DNA of 64,000 bases from an uncultured Candidatus Saccharibacteria bacterium (GTDB lineage: Bacteria; Patescibacteriota; Minisyncoccia; UBA6257; XYB1-36-10). Shown in pieces: positions 1 through 8,615 of the stretch (positions within the stretch are counted from its first letter, which is position 1; the number at the start of each line of letters is the position of its first letter). The notes below the pieces were generated by a model. The model did not search any database, was not told where the DNA came from, and was given only the letters and a program-made list of their open reading frames with translations. Location of the stretch: NCBI GenBank assembly GCA_964362215.1, contig CAYIDJ010000001.1, positions 13,151 through 77,150 of the forward strand, read 5' to 3'. The position numbers were made by a program, and so were the translations under genes.

Positions 1-44
1 GCTACTTCCTCATCCGGCAAATTTTGGGCTTCTGATAAACTCAT
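1..44 (-). CDS. 5' end of a CDS running off the window (MSLSEAQNLPDEEVA...)
   Basis: ATG at 44 with open frame to the window edge; product unknown. Confidence 0.35.
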   Translation of the reverse strand, partial: MSLSEAQNLPDEEV

Positions 45-215
45 TTAATAATACCTGGCCTACAGCTCTAATGTTACTGAATATTCACATAAAAACCACC
101 TCCAGTCAACCCAGTTAGAAAACACCTGACCACACTCCTATCTCCTAACGTTCTTTATTCTTTGTCTTCTAACAGGGTCAATACCCTTCTCTATTGCCAT
201 TCCCGTTCCTCTCCT

Positions 216-286
216 GTCATTCCTGCGGAGGCAGGAATCCAGTCCTCTCCGTCATTCTGAATCCGCCTTTAGTGGATGAAGAATCT
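216..286 (+). repeat. Two REP-like GTCATT palindromes (216-242, 251-286)
   Basis: GTCATTCCTGCGGAGGCAGGAATCCAG and GTCATTCTGA..GAAGAATCT; same families recur at 16596, 24616, 42824, 62230, 63775. Confidence 0.8.
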
Positions 287-353
287 CGCCACCCCCTTGC
301 CCCCATTCCCTATATAACTTAAACTTCAAATAGACCCTTTCAGGAGGTGTGCT

Positions 354-563
354 ATGAAGAAAATCCGCCTATCAGAATTTATCGGAGCCGAAATCAAAGT
401 TGCCCTTGGGCCTGTCAACCGCTAGTACACCGGTGAAGAAGTAAATCACGACCCCACCCCCGACGAAGCTATGGAACACTTCGTAACGTCCGGCGGCGCC
501 GAGAGATTTACCACCGAGCACCGGCAAGAATTCACCGAAGAAATTTCCGACGTCACTCAATGA
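354..563 (+). pseudogene. Small disrupted gene (in-frame TAG at 423-425 and a frameshift near 460)
   Basis: Strong SD AGGAGGT, ATG 354, MKKIRLSEFIGAEIKVALGPVNR*YTGEEVNHDPTP/DEAMEHF...DVTQ*, followed by a terminator. Confidence 0.55.
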
Positions 564-572
564 CGTCGGCAT

Positions 573-602
573 AAGAAGCGGCCCCCAACCGCTTCTTTTC
601 TT
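573..602 (+). terminator. Intrinsic terminator
   Basis: AAGAAGCGG-loop-CCGCTTCTT followed by T-tract. Confidence 0.65.
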
Positions 603-735
603 GTATTTTAAAAAAGTCCGACCAAAGGAGAAATCTCAATACTGTATTCTTATTATTAGAATAAAAGTTATCGTAAGATAACTACCTCACTATCCAACCT
701 CTCCCCTAAATGGAGTGAGGTCTAATCAAAGGAAA

Positions 736-962
736 CTTATTAACATACTCGAGCGCATAAAGGCGTGGTACAAATTAATATCTTAGTTATATGGCAAATA
801 ACACTGTTTAGAAGCCAAGCTTTCTGTTTGCTGGACCGCGCGGAGCTCGACTGGAGCGAGTCAGAGGAATTTTTTAGCCAAAAAATATCCGTGTCCAGCC
901 AACAGGAAGGTTGGCTTCTTCTCGCCGCAAATAAACGTTGGTAGCGAGAGTATGTTGGCGAG
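736..962 (+). repeat. Composite structured element: family A-type ends enclosing family B copy 1 (810-919)
   Basis: AACATACTC-GAGCGCA...GGTAGCGA-GAGTATGTT outer stem; inner GACCGCGCGGAGC..GCGAGTCAGAG..CGTGTC core with ~26-bp stem. Confidence 0.8.
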
Positions 963-995
963 GTGCCATTAAGGCCTCACTATACTTAATACTTC

Positions 996-1553
996 TCATT
1001 CATACCTCGGCCCCTCCTCCCCGACCCCCGCCCGCTTGTTCGCCGCTCGCGCCAGCGCGTAAAGAAGCGACGACAGCCGGTTCAAATATTTTCCCGTCTG
1101 CTCCCCAATTTTTATTTCCCCCGCCTCCGCCGCCGCTCTCACTCTCCTTTCCGCCCGCCTCGCCATTGTCCGCGCCACGTCCAGCATCGCCGAAAGCTCC
1201 GTTCCCCCCGCCACTAAAAATGTTTTAATCGGCGGCAATTCTTTTTCAATCCCGTCCGTAATCTCCTCCTCCCATCGCACCTTCTCCTCACTGATCGCCT
1301 TCTCCGCTCCCGCCACCTCCGCCTGCGCGATAAACAAATCCTCCTGCGCCTGTTGCAATATGTCGCGGAATCTCATCTGCCCGCCCGCCGCCGCAAACAT
1401 CTTCTCTTCCGCTTTAACCTTCACCAACCCCAAAAACGAGTTTATCTCATCCAGCGCCCCTAGCGCCTCCGCCACCGCCGACGCCTTAGACACCCTTCCC
1501 TCGCACCCAAACATTTTTGTCGTCCCGTCGTCCCCTTTTCGCGTATAAAGCAT
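996..1553 (-). CDS. Cob(I)alamin adenosyltransferase, PduO/YvqK type
   Basis: YTRKGDDGTT, GALDEINSFLG, ARRAERR and YLNRLSS motifs. Confidence 0.9.
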   Translation of the reverse strand: MLYTRKGDDGTTKMFGCEGRVSKASAVAEALGALDEINSFLGLVKVKAEEKMFAAAGGQMRFRDILQQAQEDLFIAQAEVAGAEKAISEEKVRWEEEITDGIEKELPPIKTFLVAGGTELSAMLDVARTMARRAERRVRAAAEAGEIKIGEQTGKYLNRLSSLLYALARAANKRAGVGEEGPRYE

Positions 1554-1593
1554 AAATTAAATAATACCCCTACTCCAAAATGTCCCCACCCGA

Positions 1594-1854
1594 TTATTCT
1601 TTATAAACCTCATGGTCTCCCACCGCCAATAAAACCGCCTCGCTTTTAGATACATAATCAAAAACAATCCTCGTCTTATAATTCACCGAAAAACTGTGTC
1701 GTCCCGCTAATCTCCCCTTAAGTTTGTGTACTTTAAGTTGTTTGTGGTTTCTCGCCTTTTTAAGCTGCTCAATCTTTTCCACCACCTCTTCCTGAAGCTC
1801 AGCTTCCAACAACTTAAACTGCCTTACAAAAGCCGGCTTAAAATAAACCTCCAT
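1594..1854 (-). CDS. RelE/ParE/YafQ-family toxin
   Basis: 86 aa, LKVHKLKGRL..HSFSVNY..RIVF..VGDHEVY; downstream of a small partner gene. Confidence 0.85.
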   Translation of the reverse strand: MEVYFKPAFVRQFKLLEAELQEEVVEKIEQLKKARNHKQLKVHKLKGRLAGRHSFSVNYKTRIVFDYVSKSEAVLLAVGDHEVYKE

Positions 1855-1859
1855 ATTAA

Positions 1860-2066
1860 TTAAAGTTTTTTAGCCAGCTTTCTTAAATCCCCCTTCAGGG
1901 TCGGCTCCTGCTCTGCCCTCAAAACTGCCTGCACCGCTTCTTCCTCCGCTAACAAAACCAACGCCTTCCTCACCACGTCCGCCTTATTTGCTCCATATCC
2001 TTTTTTCACCAGCATCTCTACTAATTCTTCCAGCTTAGGAGACACCGGCACCGATAACGTGCTCAT
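1860..2066 (-). CDS. Ribbon-helix-helix antitoxin
   Basis: MSTLSVPV..GYGANKADVVRKAL RHH pattern, 5 bp upstream of the toxin. Confidence 0.8.
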   Translation of the reverse strand: MSTLSVPVSPKLEELVEMLVKKGYGANKADVVRKALVLLAEEEAVQAVLRAEQEPTLKGDLRKLAKKL

Positions 2067-2149
2067 AATAATTATGTTAAATTATAATACGATATTATCA
2101 TACCTCATCTGCTCTCCAGAATCAATAGTTTTACCCCCATTTTCCCCCC

Positions 2150-2206
2150 TTGACAAACACCCACCACCTGATATATATCTATTGTAGAACACTTGAAAGG
2201 AGGTGA
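2150..2206 (+). promoter_or_regulatory. Sigma70-like promoter plus strong SD ahead of a 27-codon ORF (2212-2295)
   Basis: TTGACA at 2150, TATA-like -10 about 17 nt downstream, AAAGGAGGTGA. Confidence 0.5.
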
Positions 2207-2255
2207 TTCTATTGAAGGTCGTAACCACCTATCCGAACGCGGCTTTTTACTTTCC

Positions 2256-2291
2256 CCAACAAAAATCCCCGCCAAACCAGCGCGGGGAAAT
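2256..2291 (-). repeat. TA-region direct repeat T1 (terminator-like hairpin)
   Basis: CCAACAAAAATCCCCGCC-N-CGGGGA; copies at 2726 and 3269. Confidence 0.85.
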
Positions 2292-2314
2292 TTAATCCTT
2301 CTCTTCACTTAAAA

Positions 2315-2686
2315 CTAAACCTCTCCTTTCTCAAGTTTAAGTGCCTCACCCTTAAGTTTTTCACTTAACTCATCTTCTCCTTCCTGCCACGCTTGCTCGG
2401 CTGCATCTCTAAAAGCGTCTATTGCCGCCTCTCGTAATCCCGCATCACGATAAATTTCTGCCACCTCAACATTAAGCTCTAAAACGTCTTTGCTGTTCTT
2501 AACCTCTCCTTCCCGCCTATCTAAATATCTATGCAACAAAGATAAATCTTCTGGATTTTTTAGCAGGAATTCAACTACGTCTTTTTTGGATATTTCCCTC
2601 TCTTCTTTAGAAATTTCTTTTTCTTTAGAAGCCCCCTCCTCACCAGTATTTAAAGACGAATCCAGACTAGGTGGTTTTTCAAACAT
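2315..2686 (-). CDS. Hypothetical protein (acidic, helical, TPR-like C-terminus)
   Basis: ORF; start MFEKPP lies just after a TTGATT-17-TATAAT promoter. Confidence 0.7.
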   Translation of the reverse strand: MFEKPPSLDSSLNTGEEGASKEKEISKEEREISKKDVVEFLLKNPEDLSLLHRYLDRREGEVKNSKDVLELNVEVAEIYRDAGLREAAIDAFRDAAEQAWQEGEDELSEKLKGEALKLEKGEV

Positions 2687-2725
2687 ATTACATTTATTAT
2701 ATACCACTTCCTCTAAATAATCAAT

Positions 2726-2760
2726 CCAACAAAAATCCCCGCCGAACTTCGCGGGGAAAT
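2726..2760 (-). repeat. TA-region direct repeat T2
   Basis: CCAACAAAAATCCCCGCCGAACTTCGCGGGGAAAT. Confidence 0.85.
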
Positions 2761-2769
2761 AAAACTTGT

Positions 2770-2991
2770 TTATTTTAACAACTCTAAAAATTCCTCCACC
2801 GAAATACTCGCGTCTCTGATAATTTTTCTTATCAGCCCTCTGCTTATCGTTTTATAATTCGGTACCGTTACCGGCCTCCGACTCTCGTGATGTAAACGAA
2901 AATGGCTACCTCGTTGCCTCACCACTCGATAGCCAATTTTCTCCAACGACTTTACTAATTTTATTCCGGAAACAGCCGGCCAACTAGACAT
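2770..2991 (-). CDS. hicA: HicA-family toxin
   Basis: LVKSLEKIGY.VVRQRGSH.RL..VTVP motif. Confidence 0.9.
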   Translation of the reverse strand: MSSWPAVSGIKLVKSLEKIGYRVVRQRGSHFRLHHESRRPVTVPNYKTISRGLIRKIIRDASISVEEFLELLK

Positions 2992-2992
2992 A

Positions 2993-3214
2993 CTAAATGG
3001 AAACCGTATACAAGCCAACTTCTGAAGGATTGTATGACTTCAATATCTCCTTATTCTCTTTTTCTTCCAAACAAATACCTATTACCTCTTTAATGCCTGC
3101 TAACGCCTCGTCCAAACTCTTGCCTTGTGTATAACAACCCTTAAAAAGCGGGCACTCCACGACATAAGCGCCATCCTTATCTTTTTCCACTAAAATAGGA
3201 AATTTATTTTTCAT
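2993..3214 (-). CDS. hicB: HicB-family antitoxin (short, hicB-hicA order)
   Basis: ILVEKDKDGAYVVECPLFKGCYTQGKSLDEAL motif. Confidence 0.9.
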   Translation of the reverse strand: MKNKFPILVEKDKDGAYVVECPLFKGCYTQGKSLDEALAGIKEVIGICLEEKENKEILKSYNPSEVGLYTVSI

Positions 3215-3268
3215 CCCCATAAATATACCCGTTTCTCCCATAAAAATCAAGGGAATATATAAAATCCC

Positions 3269-3304
3269 CCAACAAAAATCCCCGCCAAACCAGGTACGGG
3301 GATT
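3269..3304 (-). repeat. TA-region direct repeat T3
   Basis: CCAACAAAAATCCCCGCCAAACCAGGTACGGGGATT. Confidence 0.85.
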
Positions 3305-3455
3305 AAACCGTTTTTTCAATACCTCACCACTACCACATTAAACGACCACACTGCACCCGAGTTCGAAACAACGCCGCCTGCCGATTCAATCTTCGCTGCC
3401 TCTCCATAAACTCATCCAGCCACTCCAACCTCTCCCGCCTCCTATTTTGTATTTT

Positions 3456-3677
3456 TTATCTCCAGGCATTGCTGTGGGATACGCGCCGCTTATCAGACCT
3501 CAACCTGTCCGAAGCAATTTTTTCCCACCCCGCGTCTTCTTCAATCTCTATCGCCAAGCGCAACAACTCAGCCGCTTTTGTCGCCTCCGGCATGCTATCC
3601 CGCTTAGCTAAATTCTTTATTGCCTTTTCCATCGGCTCCGACACACTCACGTTTATCCTTTTTTTATCCGTAGACAT
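3456..3677 (-). CDS. Orphan RHH antitoxin-like protein
   Basis: KKRINVSV..AIKNLAKRD..AAELLRLAIEIEED..RVSHSNAW, typical of RelE-partner antitoxins. Confidence 0.7.
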   Translation of the reverse strand: MSTDKKRINVSVSEPMEKAIKNLAKRDSMPEATKAAELLRLAIEIEEDAGWEKIASDRLRSDKRRVSHSNAWR

Positions 3678-3712
3678 AAATAAAGTGTATCACCTCTGTC
3701 AAATCAACCTAG

Positions 3713-3764
3713 TTTTGAAATTTGAAAATTGTTTAGAAATTAGAGTTTAGGATTTAGAATTTGA
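3713..3764 (+). repeat. Degenerate heptamer tract (TTTAGAA/TTTAGAG/TTTAGGA)
   Basis: Direct reading; similar tracts at 14055, 18281, 19750, 49130, 49773. Confidence 0.7.
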
Positions 3765-3778
3765 AGCGAAGCGCCGTG

Positions 3779-3850
3779 GGTGCCTAGAGGGAATCGAACC
3801 CTCGCGACCAGCTCCACAAGCTGGAGTTCTACCATTAAACTATAGGCACC
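3779..3850 (-). tRNA. tRNA-His (GTG)
   Basis: Cloverleaf with G-1, anticodon loop TTGTGGA, GGTTCGATT T-arm. Confidence 0.95.
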
Positions 3851-3985
3851 ATCTATCAAACCAATTATACTCTACCCCCTGCCTCACCTAGCCGTCAACT
3901 AAAATAAAATTGACAACAACCCATAAACAATAAATAATAAAATTAGAACATTTAAAATATACTTATAGAAATGAGGTGACTATTA

Positions 3986-4183
3986 ATGAAACAACCAAAG
4001 GAAAAAAAGAAAATCAGTATCACTCAAAAACAGTTAAAGCGCCTTAATAGAGAGCTACCGAATGGTATTCATGTTGTTTTCGGCACACTGCCTGTTACCG
4101 ATGAAGATGTAGAAATGGCTATCAAGTGCGGCAGCGAGAGCCTGGAATATGCAAAGAAAAAATATCCTGAAAAGTTCAAATAG
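3986..4183 (+). CDS. Small hypothetical protein
   Basis: SD GAGGTGA and TTGACA promoter near 3910. Confidence 0.6.
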   Translation: MKQPKEKKKISITQKQLKRLNRELPNGIHVVFGTLPVTDEDVEMAIKCGSESLEYAKKKYPEKFK

Positions 4184-4221
4184 GATAAAAAAACCAACCA
4201 GTAAAGTAAGGAGAAGTTAAA

Positions 4222-4420
4222 ATGTCAAAACCAAAAAACACGGAAAACAACGAGGTTAGCACCCAATCAACTCCAACTCCAAAAAAAACATCCTCGTGAT
4301 TACTCCCCCACACCACAGGAAAAAAAGCTTCTTCATAATTTATCCGAATAGGAAAAAAGGGGAGAAGAATCACTCGAAGAATGCATCGTCGGACTTCCCG
4401 TACGAAAACCATGGGAATAA
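4222..4420 (+). pseudogene. Small disrupted gene (poly-A frameshift and in-frame TAG)
   Basis: SD AAGGAG, MSKPKNTENN..PKK/HPRDYSPTPQEKKLLHNLSE*EKRGEESLEECIVGLPVRKPWE*. Confidence 0.4.
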
Positions 4421-4559
4421 TACCGCTCAAAACTTATCACCCGGACGCCCCCAGCGTCCGTTTTTATTTTTACCAATACTCTTAACTTAAATATTTGACA
4501 ACCAATTAATTTACTGCTTAACTAAGCACAGTATAAAACTACGGAAAAGGAGTAATAAA

Positions 4560-4703
4560 ATGGTAATCAAAGGAAAGAGACCGAGAAAGGCTGACCTCTT
4601 ACCAAAAAAAACCATCTTCGTCATCGTCCCAAAAAAACTGCCGGAAGATGACCAAAATAAAAAACTAGAAAGAAAAGTAATCCCCTTCCCCGGAAAAAAT
4701 TAA
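4560..4703 (+). CDS. 47-aa basic microprotein
   Basis: TTGACA at 4495, SD AAGGAG, MVIKGKRPRKADLLPKKTIFVIVPKK...PGKN*; not in the ORF track. Confidence 0.5.
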   Translation: MVIKGKRPRKADLLPKKTIFVIVPKKLPEDDQNKKLERKVIPFPGKN

Positions 4704-5569
4704 TTCCGGGGATTTGTTTTTATTTTTTCTTCCTCTATTGTCTTCTCTACCGTCTCCCACACCTTATTATCCAAACGCGGACGTTTGGCTTGGCTCATCT
4801 CAATACCATCAAGTACCTTTTTGAAATAATCTTTCACCTCTCCATACACCCTCTTCACTTTCGCGTTATGAGAAACGTCCTTAAAGTATTCCGACTGTGA
4901 AACTATCATTTCTAACATCTGCCTCTTCAAATCGCCTATTTCCAAAATCTCTTCCTGTTTATTATCCCTTAACTTCCTTACTAACTCCGTAGTTATTGAC
5001 TTAAACGCCTCCACGTCCATCCCTAAAACTATCTTCGGTAAATCTCTTATTTCTCGCTTGTATTCCTCCGCGTACGATTCAAAATATTTAACCTTGCTTA
5101 ATCTTTCCTCTAAAGCATCCTCCTTAGTGCTCAAAACTTTTTTCTTCGCCGACTCCTCGCTTACTGTCACATCCACCGCCATCCTCCTCCACTCATTTTC
5201 CCCAACTGGAAATTCTATCACCAAATCCGCCCCGCCCCTCACGTCATCAAAATCACTCGTCAAATAGGTATATGTTTCTTCTCCCAACCAATTTGACTTT
5301 TCAATCTGGTCAAACATCATCCATTCCACCACGCTGGCTATCTGGTGTTTTTCTTTATCTCCGTATCTGCTCTTACTAAGCCTTAATGACTCCTTATCTC
5401 CCTTTATTACCAGTTCTCCATAAACATCATCAAAGTCTTCCATCCGTAGCTTTCCGTCTCTCACTATTTTTTCAAAATAATCATAAAGCCACTGTTCATC
5501 GCCACTTAACTCCCGCTCTGATTGAGTATATTTATTAAAAAGGGCTTCTCTTGGATTTGGTATCACCAT
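4700..5569 (-). CDS. Hypothetical protein, possible PD-(D/E)xK-like fold
   Basis: 289-aa ORF, TSDFDDVRGGADLVIEF..MAVDVT pattern. Confidence 0.7.
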   Translation of the reverse strand: MVIPNPREALFNKYTQSERELSGDEQWLYDYFEKIVRDGKLRMEDFDDVYGELVIKGDKESLRLSKSRYGDKEKHQIASVVEWMMFDQIEKSNWLGEETYTYLTSDFDDVRGGADLVIEFPVGENEWRRMAVDVTVSEESAKKKVLSTKEDALEERLSKVKYFESYAEEYKREIRDLPKIVLGMDVEAFKSITTELVRKLRDNKQEEILEIGDLKRQMLEMIVSQSEYFKDVSHNAKVKRVYGEVKDYFKKVLDGIEMSQAKRPRLDNKVWETVEKTIEEEKIKTNPRN

Positions 5570-5619
5570 AGTATGTAAAAACTCGCCTTAGTTTGAAATT
5601 TATTTATAATTTGTTTCTT

Positions 5620-5708
5620 GCCTGCCCCGTGGTGGAGCTTTACGGGGCCTGCCCCGAGCGAAGTCGAGAGGCCTGCCCCGTGTCCGCCTTCGGCGGATCT
5701 ACGGGAGT
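5620..5708 (+). repeat. Three tandem CCTGCCCCG hairpin units (family F), the last holding a TCCGCC/GGCGGA hairpin
   Basis: Direct reading. Confidence 0.75.
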
Positions 5709-5732
5709 TATTGGAGTTTATCGCTCCGCGAT

Positions 5733-5807
5733 TGGTGCCGCGGGAGGGAATTGAACCCCCGACGCCAGCCTCTTCAGGGCTGCGCTCTACCACTGAGCTA
5801 CCGCGGC
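5733..5807 (-). tRNA. tRNA-Phe (GAA)
   Basis: Cloverleaf, loop CTGAAGA, CCA encoded. Confidence 0.95.
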
Positions 5808-5970
5808 CTCATCTTATTTTAAAAACAAAAAAATACTCTCACCGGGCGCCCCTTCATATCACTGCTCGAACCCTGTCCGCCCACTGGCGGAACTGAGCTA
5901 CCGCGGCTTTTAAATTATCAACTGGTCTTCAGTTTATATAAAACCCCTTACTCTTTCAATATAAACCTTG

Positions 5971-6041
5971 TCGGGCCGCCGGGAATCGAACCCGGTCTAC
6001 ATGCTCCCAAAGCATACGTACTACCGGTATACTACGGCCCG
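5971..6041 (-). tRNA. tRNA-Pro (TGG)
   Basis: Cloverleaf, loop TTTGGGA. Confidence 0.93.
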
Positions 6042-6112
6042 TACCTACTCCATCACCCTACCAGAAAAACAATTGCTTAACAAGTAAAAAAATGTCATAG
6101 TATATTAATTCT

Positions 6113-6184
6113 GTCCCCGTAGTTCAATGGATAGAACAAAGGACTTCTAATCCTTAGATCGAGGTTCGAATCCTCGCGGGGACA
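6113..6184 (+). tRNA. tRNA-Arg (TCT)
   Basis: Cloverleaf, loop CTTCTAA. Confidence 0.95.
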
Positions 6185-6272
6185 CACTATTTCTAAATAA
6201 GATCCGCCTGCCTTTAGGCAGGCTACATTCACATCCAACTTCTTCCCTCAAGATGCGGATGTTGATTAATTA

Positions 6273-6415
6273 GTGTCTTAATAAATATGCCTTAAGCGCG
6301 CATCCGAGCCCGAGCGGGCATGGTTCCGCCGAAGAGGCGGAGAGCGAGGGCGAGGCGTAGTGAAAACTCTCGCTGGGAGTTTGAACGGTAGCGAAAGGCA
6401 TATTTATTAAGACAC
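6273..6415 (+). repeat. Structured element family A, copy 1
   Basis: 21-bp perfect closing stem GTGTCTTAATAAATATGCCTT; core AGCGCGCATCCGAGCCCGAGCGGGCA..GAGCGAGGGCGAGGCGTAG..ACGGTAGCGA. Confidence 0.85.
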
Positions 6416-6449
6416 GCCTACCTCGCATATTCCATTCATCCGCATCTCC

Positions 6450-7061
6450 CTACTGCGCCGTCATGCTCTTCAACTTCTCAATCGCGTCTTGATACTGTTT
6501 ATTAAGGTCGTTTATCGCCGTCACCTCGTCGTTTATCTTTCCTATCACCGACCCTATTCTGTCCGGCGCCACCACCCCGCCGTCAAACTTGTTTTGTAAA
6601 ATTGACAGCAGTTCGTTCAAAAACCTTCCGTAGTTAAGAAGGCGGATAATAAGCGTCGTCTCATGGTTAATTGCCTTCAACGCCGTGTCCGTCGCCGCCC
6701 GCGGTGTTACCTCCGACAACACCTCCGCCATTTTCCGCAACTCCAGTGACAAATCATATGCCTTCTGTTGCAGCTCTCCCGTTCGCCGTATTTCCTCCCG
6801 CACCAACTCTATCGCCTCTCTCTGTCTCCCTTCCCGATCAAAATCATTTATTCGTCCTAAATTTCGCCCCGACTCCGCTGATAAATCCACTATCTGGCTG
6901 GCAATAATCGCTCCCGAACGATTTGCCTCTAAAAACTGGTCCGGCACGTGCGAATCCGTGGCTAAAACCAAAAACCACAGCAAATATACTGCCACCATTA
7001 CCACGGCAAAAACTGACCAAAAAACAGTTCTTTTTGAAATTCGGCTCAATGCGAATGCCAT
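6450..7061 (-). CDS. Membrane-anchored coiled-coil protein
   Basis: N-terminal TM helix, helical remainder. Confidence 0.75.
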   Translation of the reverse strand: MAFALSRISKRTVFWSVFAVVMVAVYLLWFLVLATDSHVPDQFLEANRSGAIIASQIVDLSAESGRNLGRINDFDREGRQREAIELVREEIRRTGELQQKAYDLSLELRKMAEVLSEVTPRAATDTALKAINHETTLIIRLLNYGRFLNELLSILQNKFDGGVVAPDRIGSVIGKINDEVTAINDLNKQYQDAIEKLKSMTAQ

Positions 7062-7159
7062 AATTCCTTCTCTTTGAGATTAGCGCGACGCCGACAAATA
7101 ATCAATCTCCCCCCTACTTCCTACTTTACAGATTTTCAACTTTTAACTTTAAACTAAAC

Positions 7160-7233
7160 TGGAGCGGGTAGGGGGAATCGAACCCCCGGCAACAGGTTGG
7201 AAACCTGTGGTATTGCCACTATACGATACCCGC
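7160..7233 (-). tRNA. tRNA-Gly (TCC)
   Basis: Cloverleaf, loop TTTCCAA, CCA encoded. Confidence 0.95.
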
Positions 7234-7573
7234 GTATTTAAATTTCTACACTACTCTCGCAACGCTCGCTATCCAATAAACGTATCATACCGGTCAAAAC
7301 CGCATTTTAGCAAGCCCCTATCCTAAAAACAAACTATCCCCAACCCTTATTGGCGTAACTATTGGCCGCCATCTGATAAACAAGGTATAATGAAAACGTA
7401 ACCTTGGAAGTATTAAACGTAACCTCATAACTGCTAAATCTAATTTTCCGAAACCCCATCCATTGACCTAAAGAAAATAATGTTTTAATATAGTAATTAT
7501 TTAATAAGCCGCGTCAAGTTGCCGCCAACAGCCAAAAGTCCCTTTTTTACAGCATAAATCGGTAACTAAATAC

Positions 7574-8152
7574 ATGTTTACTTCGTTGTCTATGTTAGCT
7601 GGCGATGAAAATATAATAGTCAAAAAAGCTAGAGCTGGTCACGCTGAAAGTTTCGGCCAGCTTTATGATGAACATCACGAACGCATCTACCGCTTTATCT
7701 ACCTCAAAGTCCGCGGTAAGGAAGAAGCTGAAGACCTCACTCATCAAGTGTTCTTAAGCGCCTGGCAGAATATCAAACAGTATGCCCTTAAAAATCTTCC
7801 TTTCTCCAGCTGGCTTTACCGCATCGCCCGCAACAAAGTTATTGACTACTATCGATTGCGTAAACAAACCGTCAACATCGAAGCCGTCAAAAACGTAATT
7901 CCCGCTGAAACCGACATTCTCGCCAGCGCTGACACCGATATGGAAACCCGGGCAATTCATTCCGCTATCTCCGGCTTAACTCCGGAACAGCAAGATGTTG
8001 TCATTATGCGCTTTGTGGAAGATATGCCCATCAAAGAAGTCGCCCGCTCTATCGGTAAAACTGTCGGCGCCGTCAAACTCATTCAGTTCCGCGCCATCAG
8101 CAAACTAAAAAACATTACCAATAACCATGGAGAAAATAATAGAGAATCTTAA
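7574..8152 (+). CDS. ECF sigma-70 factor
   Basis: AEDLTHQVFLSAW, FSSWLYRIARNKVIDYYR and region-4 HTH. Confidence 0.92.
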   Translation: MFTSLSMLAGDENIIVKKARAGHAESFGQLYDEHHERIYRFIYLKVRGKEEAEDLTHQVFLSAWQNIKQYALKNLPFSSWLYRIARNKVIDYYRLRKQTVNIEAVKNVIPAETDILASADTDMETRAIHSAISGLTPEQQDVVIMRFVEDMPIKEVARSIGKTVGAVKLIQFRAISKLKNITNNHGENNRES

Positions 8153-8603
8153 AAAACTTCGCTCCATTAAACCGGAATCCGGTTTTTCCCGCCGCTCCCG
8201 TCTTTTGTTACTCCAAGAAACTCCCCGCCCCGCCCTAAACGCCCTTATCAACCTGCGCGAAGTATTAAAATTCAGCATCGCCTTATCTTTCACCGCCGCC
8301 CTTCTTATTATCACTCTGGGTAGTTTAACCTACATCAAGAAATCTCCTCTCCCTCTCGTCGTCGCCGGATTAGACGTCGGCGCTCTTCAAGCGGAAGCGG
8401 AAAGTTTAAACATCAACATCTCTCTCTCTGAGCTTGAGTACGACTCCTCCGCGGCCACCGCCCTGCCGGCTGACGATCAAAACCAAAACAGCGACCCCGC
8501 CTACTTTGACCAAAACATCCTCAACGGCGAAACCGCCGTCATTAAACTGGAAAATCCTGTTAACAGCAAAATTGATGATGCTCTTCGCGCGCTCTCTAAA
8601 TAA
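8127..8603 (+). CDS. Putative anti-sigma factor (single TM)
   Basis: Overlaps the ECF gene; short cytoplasmic N-terminus, TM helix, external tail. Confidence 0.55.
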   Translation: MEKIIENLKKLRSIKPESGFSRRSRLLLLQETPRPALNALINLREVLKFSIALSFTAALLIITLGSLTYIKKSPLPLVVAGLDVGALQAEAESLNINISLSELEYDSSAATALPADDQNQNSDPAYFDQNILNGETAVIKLENPVNSKIDDALRALSK

Positions 8604-8615
8604 AAAGTTGGTTTT

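Noticed and set aside
810-919. Family B as a hammerhead ribozyme
   Set aside because: It is a three-way junction, but the CUGANGA and GAAA core is absent on both strands.
2256-3304. Possible CRISPR array
   Set aside because: Spacers are over 400 bp and contain genes; no cas genes or regular repeat-spacer period anywhere in the window.
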